Source: a virus
Lineage: Duplodnaviria > Caudoviricetes
Virus record (IMG/VR): IMGVR_UViG_3300024433_000009
Location: 1-53,157 of that record
DNA: 53,157 nt
Reading direction: 5' to 3' (one strand)
Position numbers and translations under genes: made by a program. Numbering within the stretch: the first letter of the stretch is position 1; every line of letters starts with the position of its first letter. The notes under the pieces are model-generated. The model ran no database searches, was not told the origin of the DNA, and was given only the letters and a program-made list of their open reading frames with translations. Positions 48,181-53,157 of the stretch are shown one piece after another.

Positions 48181-48399
48181 ATGGCATCACAAGAAGAGGT
48201 TTTGGAAGCGTTGAAGGCGATGGACGGTAGTGGGAATATAAAGGATTTAAAAGCCTACTTTGGTATTTCAGAATATAAGGGTAGTTCATGGGTGCCTCAA
48301 CGCTTGACTGCATTGGAGAGAAAGGGGGAGATCGAGCGGATTATATTGGATAACGGCAAAACGAGATACGTGATAAAAGGGGGAATAAGGAGAACATGA
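48181..48399 (+). CDS. Winged-helix DNA-binding protein
   Basis: VPQRLTALERKGEIER...RYVI. Confidence 0.65.
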   Translation: MASQEEVLEALKAMDGSGNIKDLKAYFGISEYKGSSWVPQRLTALERKGEIERIILDNGKTRYVIKGGIRRT

Positions 48400-48833
48400 A
48401 CTGGAAAAACAAACTCATGCAAATACTGGCTCTTCTCATAGCACGCCTGTTCTGGAATCCGCTCTTCATCACGAAAGACGCAAGAGAAATAATCAAATCG
48501 CATTTCGGGATGGAACAAAACATATTTCTCGCAGACGTGCAGTACAAAACAGTGACTCGTGATCTTGTTCAACGTTTTCTCGATGTCGACCCTCTTGATA
48601 TGGAAAAATGGAGGAAGGAGAGCTTCGATTGCGATGACTTCGCGTTTCAGCTTTTCGCGCGATTCAAATACGTTTTCCGGGGTGCGGCATTCGGAGTTTG
48701 CTGGATTGTGAATCCACCACATGCGGTCAATTTCTTTATCGATTCTTCATTTAAAGTGTGGATGGTGGAGCCACAAACGGATGACATTTTTAAAAAGCGA
48801 CGTGATTGGCAGATTTGGTTTGTTGTGATGTAA
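48396..48833 (+). CDS. Papain/transglutaminase-like cysteine protease (agglutinin C-terminal-like)
   Basis: FDCDDFA, HAVNFF and VEPQ give a Cys-His-Glu triad pattern. Confidence 0.7.
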   Translation: MNWKNKLMQILALLIARLFWNPLFITKDAREIIKSHFGMEQNIFLADVQYKTVTRDLVQRFLDVDPLDMEKWRKESFDCDDFAFQLFARFKYVFRGAAFGVCWIVNPPHAVNFFIDSSFKVWMVEPQTDDIFKKRRDWQIWFVVM

Positions 48834-48846
48834 CAAAGAGAAGAAA

Positions 48847-49173
48847 ATGAGCTTCGATAAAATCCTCGCACGGAAAGGGCAATCGATGTCGCAAATAGAA
48901 ATAGTCCGCACAAATATCGGCGGCTATATGGACACGTCACACAACACAACGGCGATAACCGCAATACTACAGCCTCTGAGCTCGGAAGAACGGTTATTCT
49001 GGTCGGATGTGGGCATAACAAAAGCGATGCTGAAATTATATTCCGATGCTTCAATGAATGTGGGCGACAAAATAACGTTGAATAATCAGGATTATACGGT
49101 GGCAAGCGTGGACAATCACAAGGACGTAAAGACGGGTGGCTATTGGAAAGTTATAGTGGAGAAACACGGATGA
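48847..49173 (+). CDS. Head-closure protein
   Basis: AILQPLS...GDKITLNNQDYTV beta-barrel pattern; position. Confidence 0.7.
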   Translation: MSFDKILARKGQSMSQIEIVRTNIGGYMDTSHNTTAITAILQPLSSEERLFWSDVGITKAMLKLYSDASMNVGDKITLNNQDYTVASVDNHKDVKTGGYWKVIVEKHG

Positions 49174-49264
49174 ACACTAATTTGATTCTCTGGTTTTGGG
49201 TACCTTATTCTCTTGCGTTTGCTGTATTGTTTCTTATCCTTGTGGTGCTTATTTTATAAGACAA

Positions 49265-49708
49265 ATGACCGTAAAGGACACTAATCATATCCCTAAATTA
49301 CTGAACGAGCTAAAAGGGGAAAAGGAACGCATACTGCGGAAAGCCGGGGCATTCATGGAAGGTGCAATAAAGAACAAGATAACCGAAGGCGATCCTGCAT
49401 GGAAACCGCTATCGCCAGTGACGATAGCGCGCAAGAAGAGCAGTAAACCACTTAAGGATACCGGAACGATGCGCAACGCCGTGACGCATAAACCGGAACT
49501 CGAGAAGGACAGAGTTCTTGTGGGCGTGTTCTCGCTGAGCGGTGAAGAAGACCGCGTAAGCATCGCATACACACATGAGTTTGGCAGCCCGAAACGAAGA
49601 ATCCCGCGCAGAAGTTTTTTGCGTACCAGTTTCGACGAAAAAAAGGAAGATGCCGCAAAACTAATAGAAAATGAAGTGAATAAAACGATTTCAAGATATT
49701 CAAAATAA
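49265..49708 (+). CDS. Neck / virion morphogenesis protein (Mu gpG-like)
   Basis: WKPLSPVTIARK...PLKDTG...HEFG...IPRRSFLR. Confidence 0.88.
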   Translation: MTVKDTNHIPKLLNELKGEKERILRKAGAFMEGAIKNKITEGDPAWKPLSPVTIARKKSSKPLKDTGTMRNAVTHKPELEKDRVLVGVFSLSGEEDRVSIAYTHEFGSPKRRIPRRSFLRTSFDEKKEDAAKLIENEVNKTISRYSK

Positions 49709-49745
49709 CCGCTTTATTTTTAAGTCTTATTCCCTTTTTGCTTTT

Positions 49746-50297
49746 ATGCTTGAACATCTCATCTTTTCCGAACTCTGGACTAAATTGGACGCCAGCGCAA
49801 ACGAAATATTCGCATATTCGCCCACGCCGACCGTTGCGATATATCGCTCAGATCAATTGATAGAAAATTTCGCATATCCAGCTCTGTTCATCGGCTTTCT
49901 CGACCCCGTTGTGGATCCGCTGAACACGCCTTTGAACGAGATAATGGGGATACGCTTGGTTGACGCTTCGGGCAATGACGCAAGCGGCAACGATCCGAGT
50001 GCGAACATAGATTATACAAAGGGCATTGTGGTTCGGCAGTCCATAGACCTTCTGCTTTATGACAACGATATAAAGAGAGTTGCCACACTTCAGAACCAAC
50101 TATTTCTGTGGCTGAAACAGCATCTCGCGCTTACAAATGTCACGATATTTGATATATTGCCACCGTTGGCGCTTGACTTTACTGAGGATACGTATGTATA
50201 TAAAAGGAATATAGAAATCGTTTGTAAGTATGCTATGTCATGGCAAGAAATAATCACTACGATAGAGACATTCGATTATACTTTGGAAACTAAATAG
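49746..50297 (+). CDS. Tail terminator / completion protein
   Basis: Lies between the neck and sheath genes; YPAL motif. Confidence 0.6.
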   Translation: MLEHLIFSELWTKLDASANEIFAYSPTPTVAIYRSDQLIENFAYPALFIGFLDPVVDPLNTPLNEIMGIRLVDASGNDASGNDPSANIDYTKGIVVRQSIDLLLYDNDIKRVATLQNQLFLWLKQHLALTNVTIFDILPPLALDFTEDTYVYKRNIEIVCKYAMSWQEIITTIETFDYTLETK

Positions 50298-50406
50298 CAT
50301 CATTCGCTCTTAAAACATTTAAAACAAAAACTTCCGCATCCTCTCGCTTTAAATCCGTTCCTCTACCGAATAGTTATTTAATAAGTCTTTTTTCAAATAT
50401 ATTTTC

Positions 50407-51495
50407 ATGCCAACAATAGACGAATCAATCACTATAAACTTAAAAGATGCTACAGGCGCAGTCGTTTCTGAGACATATGGCGAGATAATTGTTATAGGTG
50501 AGCACACCAGTGACACGAGCTACAATCACGTTGATACGTGCTATTCACAAGCGGAGGTGGAGGCTATATACGGTGAGGGATCCCCGATATCAAAAGCGAC
50601 TGCGAAGATATTCGCACAGGGGGTCGCGCATGTCAAGACAGTAAACGTATATGACGGTTCTGTAAATCAATATGCCACCGTACTTGCCGCATTACTTAGT
50701 GAGAACGTTGATCACGACATCATAGTGCCTACGATAGATGCTTCGGACAACAGCATGAATGCCTATTTAGTCGCACATGCGAACACGAATCATATACTGC
50801 TCGTGTGCCCTTCGCGAGGGAGTGCAGCGACCGTCACATCAAATATTACAGCATTGACTCCAAGCGAATACGTGTACGCGATAGTGCATGATGCGAGCGC
50901 GAACTATACCGCAGGCGAGCTGGCGGGTGCGATAGCGGGCGTCATCGGTCTGCTCAATCCGTGGATACCGCCAGAATGGGTTACCGTTTCCGGCATCGCA
51001 GCGAGTGGATATACGCAGTCGCAGATAAAGGCACTTGAAGAGCATACTTCGCATCCGATGAACACGGTGATCAAGGTGGTCTCATCCGAGATTTCTGCGG
51101 GATTAGCAATGACGCCCGCTAAATATGTGGACATCGCAAGAACGAAGATATACCTTTCCACGGAGATAAAAAACGCGTTGATCAATCTGAAATACCAGCT
51201 TGCGAACAAGGGCAAGAAGATACCTTATGAACCACGCGGGATAGAGATGGTGAAGGCGACAATCGAGAAGATATTGCGGACAAACCAATCCACGAGCACA
51301 CGCACGTTGGCAATACGAGCGGATGGACTGACGTCAGATGGCGAGGTCGATCCAGGATTCACGGTTTTGATGCCGCAGTGGGACAGCATATCGGCAAGCG
51401 ACAAGTCAAGCAGAATACTCCAGAACATAGAGGTGGAAGTGTTTTTGAGCGGTGCAATCTCGAAGATAACGCTGGATTTGATTATAAGTTTGTAA
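50407..51495 (+). CDS. Tail sheath protein
   Basis: KYVDIAR, KIPYEPRGI, DKSSRIL and LSGAI motifs of contractile sheaths. Confidence 0.9.
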   Translation: MPTIDESITINLKDATGAVVSETYGEIIVIGEHTSDTSYNHVDTCYSQAEVEAIYGEGSPISKATAKIFAQGVAHVKTVNVYDGSVNQYATVLAALLSENVDHDIIVPTIDASDNSMNAYLVAHANTNHILLVCPSRGSAATVTSNITALTPSEYVYAIVHDASANYTAGELAGAIAGVIGLLNPWIPPEWVTVSGIAASGYTQSQIKALEEHTSHPMNTVIKVVSSEISAGLAMTPAKYVDIARTKIYLSTEIKNALINLKYQLANKGKKIPYEPRGIEMVKATIEKILRTNQSTSTRTLAIRADGLTSDGEVDPGFTVLMPQWDSISASDKSSRILQNIEVEVFLSGAISKITLDLIISL

Positions 51496-51510
51496 ATGAG
51501 GTGACAAAAA

Positions 51511-51918
51511 ATGAGCGAAAACGAATATCGGATAAAGGACTTGCATATCTTCGTTGATGGGGTGGAACTGGAGAACATCGCACCGGACTGCTCGATTGGA
51601 CCCGTTGACGAAGGGGACAGAGTCAGGCACGTAAAGGACATAACCGAAAAGACGGTTGCAGTGGCGATTACAGAGAACGATGATGGTGAAGGGAGTATTA
51701 AACTTGTTCAAAGTTCTCCGTCTAATGCAATCCTACGTGGATTCCGGGATGCAAAGAAAGCGGTACAGGTGGTATATACATATGATGACAGTAAGGCCAC
51801 GCAATGGGTCCGTATATCAGTAGATAATTGTTATTTCCAACGTGGTGTTACTACACCTTCGGCAGAAGGCGAAATCAGAGAATGGAACTTCAAGGGAACA
51901 AATTATAAAGAAGCATAA
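51511..51918 (+). CDS. Tail tube protein
   Basis: Follows the sheath; GSIKLVQSSPSN and REWNF motifs. Confidence 0.85.
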   Translation: MSENEYRIKDLHIFVDGVELENIAPDCSIGPVDEGDRVRHVKDITEKTVAVAITENDDGEGSIKLVQSSPSNAILRGFRDAKKAVQVVYTYDDSKATQWVRISVDNCYFQRGVTTPSAEGEIREWNFKGTNYKEA

Positions 51919-51945
51919 AAAGTTAGATATACCATCCATAAAAAC

Positions 51946-52248
51946 ATGAAAGACAAAATTGAAATTAATGGAAGGGAGTTTCAGCTAAAGAAGCCTGGAG
52001 AATATCATATAATCAAAGCTTACGGGACCGAATCCAAGGACATGGCAGACATTCTACGCGATCTGATCATGATTTGCATTGAAGAGCCAAAACTGACTGC
52101 GGAGGAGGTCGAGGGCATGGATGGCTTTTTACATCTCAGCTTGCAGGTTTTAGAATTTGTGGAAAAAAATTTTCGGGAGCTCAGCGAGGATGCTTATTTG
52201 AAGAAGCGAACCGAGCAGCTATTAAAAAAGAAGTCGAAAGCGAAATAG
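51946..52248 (+). CDS. Tail assembly chaperone (G)
   Basis: Follows the tube gene; CIEEPKLT motif; slippery sites near the 3' end. Confidence 0.75.
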   Translation: MKDKIEINGREFQLKKPGEYHIIKAYGTESKDMADILRDLIMICIEEPKLTAEEVEGMDGFLHLSLQVLEFVEKNFRELSEDAYLKKRTEQLLKKKSKAK

Positions 52249-52427
52249 GGCTATATGTGTTATCGAAGGAACTGCATATTGACCTCGACGAAATAAAAGA
52301 CAATTGGTCATTAAAGAAGATAATCTCATGGAGCTATGCCTTGCGATTGATCCATAAAGAGATTGAGAATGCAACGCATGGCACGACAAGAACAAGCGAA
52401 AAGAAGAATAGGTATGTGTTCAAATAA
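52224..52427 (+). CDS. -1 frameshift extension of the tail assembly chaperone (GT)
   Basis: Open -1 frame with no ATG, entered via A AAA AAG at 52224 (alternatives at 52164 and 52167). Confidence 0.6.
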   Translation, partial: KKEVESEIGLYVLSKELHIDLDEIKDNWSLKKIISWSYALRLIHKEIENATHGTTRTSEKKNRYVFK

Positions 52428-52430
52428 TTT

Positions 52431-52479
52431 ATGGTAGTTTTATGGTAAGCCTTTATATAGGCATGGTAATTATATGGTA
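52431..52479 (+). promoter_or_regulatory. TATA box flanked by four ATGGTA direct repeats (putative operator)
   Basis: ATGGTA at 52431, 52442, 52463 and 52474 around TTTATATA at 52452. Confidence 0.65.
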
Positions 52480-52493
52480 ATTAGTGATGAAAA

Positions 52494-52766
52494 ATGCCAG
52501 GCGAAGGGTACAAAAGTTTGGGAGTAAGTGAAGGCATATATGACCTATTAAAAGCGGAAAAATATGAAGGGGAAAGCTTTTCGAGAGTTATAGGGAGAAT
52601 ATATGTCGTGTTCAAAGAGAGGCAGCAACACTTTGGAAAAGGGGGCGGGGCGGATTTGATGACAAAAGAGGATTTTGACAAGGCAATAAAGGAGTTGGAA
52701 AACGACATAAGTGTGGCGGTCAGAGATGCGGTAAAGGAAGCCATTACAGAGATGAAAAGATATTAA
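52494..52766 (+). CDS. Archaeal VapB/RHH antitoxin-like DNA-binding protein
   Basis: KSLGVSEGIYDLLKAEKYEGESFSRVIGRI. Confidence 0.75.
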   Translation: MPGEGYKSLGVSEGIYDLLKAEKYEGESFSRVIGRIYVVFKERQQHFGKGGGADLMTKEDFDKAIKELENDISVAVRDAVKEAITEMKRY

Positions 52767-52834
52767 AGAAGGAAAACGGAGAAGAATATCTGAAAGAAAG
52801 CGAATAATAAAAAATTTAGGAGGTGAATAAGAAC

Positions 52835-53023
52835 ATGGAACCACAAAAAGTGCAGTTAGACAGGACAGAAGAAGGAAATCAAACGGCAAATCTCATTGCC
52901 TTCACATTGATCTTTTTTGGCATCTTGTTGTGCATCACCCTGATTGGGTTGCCACTTGGGATACCTATGATTTTGTTTGGGTGGTACATAATGAGAAACG
53001 TAAAGAAGAGGAGAGGCTATTGA
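52835..53023 (+). CDS. Small membrane protein
   Basis: GGAGGTGA RBS; GILLCITLIGLPLGIPMILFG helical hairpin. Confidence 0.7.
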   Translation: MEPQKVQLDRTEEGNQTANLIAFTLIFFGILLCITLIGLPLGIPMILFGWYIMRNVKKRRGY

Positions 53024-53157
53024 TTTTTTTATCTCTTAGGTGAGAACTGCGAAAGCGGGTTCAGTTTAAATAAGTCTTTTTGTCTATTTTGAGATATGCC
53101 AGAAATCCGGGGATTATACAGCATTATTAGTCTTAAGGATCGACTTTCTGCACCATT
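53014..53157. repeat. Terminal overlap, copy 2
   Basis: Repeats 1-143, including the start of the tape measure gene. Confidence 0.95.

Noticed and set aside
53014-53157. Biological direct terminal repeats
   Set aside because: The repeat runs into the tape measure coding sequence and is better explained as circular-assembly overlap; the one-base difference may be an error or microheterogeneity.

Overview
The window looks like a complete, circularly assembled ~53 kb genome of a contractile-tailed (myovirus-type) head-tail virus: bases 1-143 are repeated at 53014-53157. An archaeal host is inferred from TTTATATA TATA boxes ~30 nt before starts, GGAGGTGA ribosome-binding sites, leaderless genes, many RHH proteins and zinc-finger microproteins. 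A methanogen or ANME host is plausible but cannot be shown from sequence alone. Layout: tail tip, baseplate and fibres (1-10.4 kb); small early and accessory genes including an RNA ligase, a C5-MTase, a Gam-like protein and tRNA-Trp (10.6-27.5 kb); a 7-deazaguanine DNA-modification cluster, queD-queE-folE-dpdL-like-dpdA-like-ParB, with no queC (27.5-30.8 kb); packaging and head genes (31.7-41 kb); a diversity-generating retroelement (DGR; 41.8-44.8 kb); then neck, putative lysis, sheath and tube genes (45-53 kb). Highlights: (1) a DGR with no avd gene, 21 adenine-only TR/VR differences (19 A>G), an FMDD reverse transcriptase and identical 166-bp flanking repeats; (2) predicted dDG-type DNA hypermodification; (3) two copies of a covarying kissing-loop RNA leader; (4) an AAGTCT-type motif exactly 24 nt before eight late-region starts. 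I recognised no integrase, DNA polymerase, primase or helicase. All protein calls come from motif recognition by eye, not database searches.
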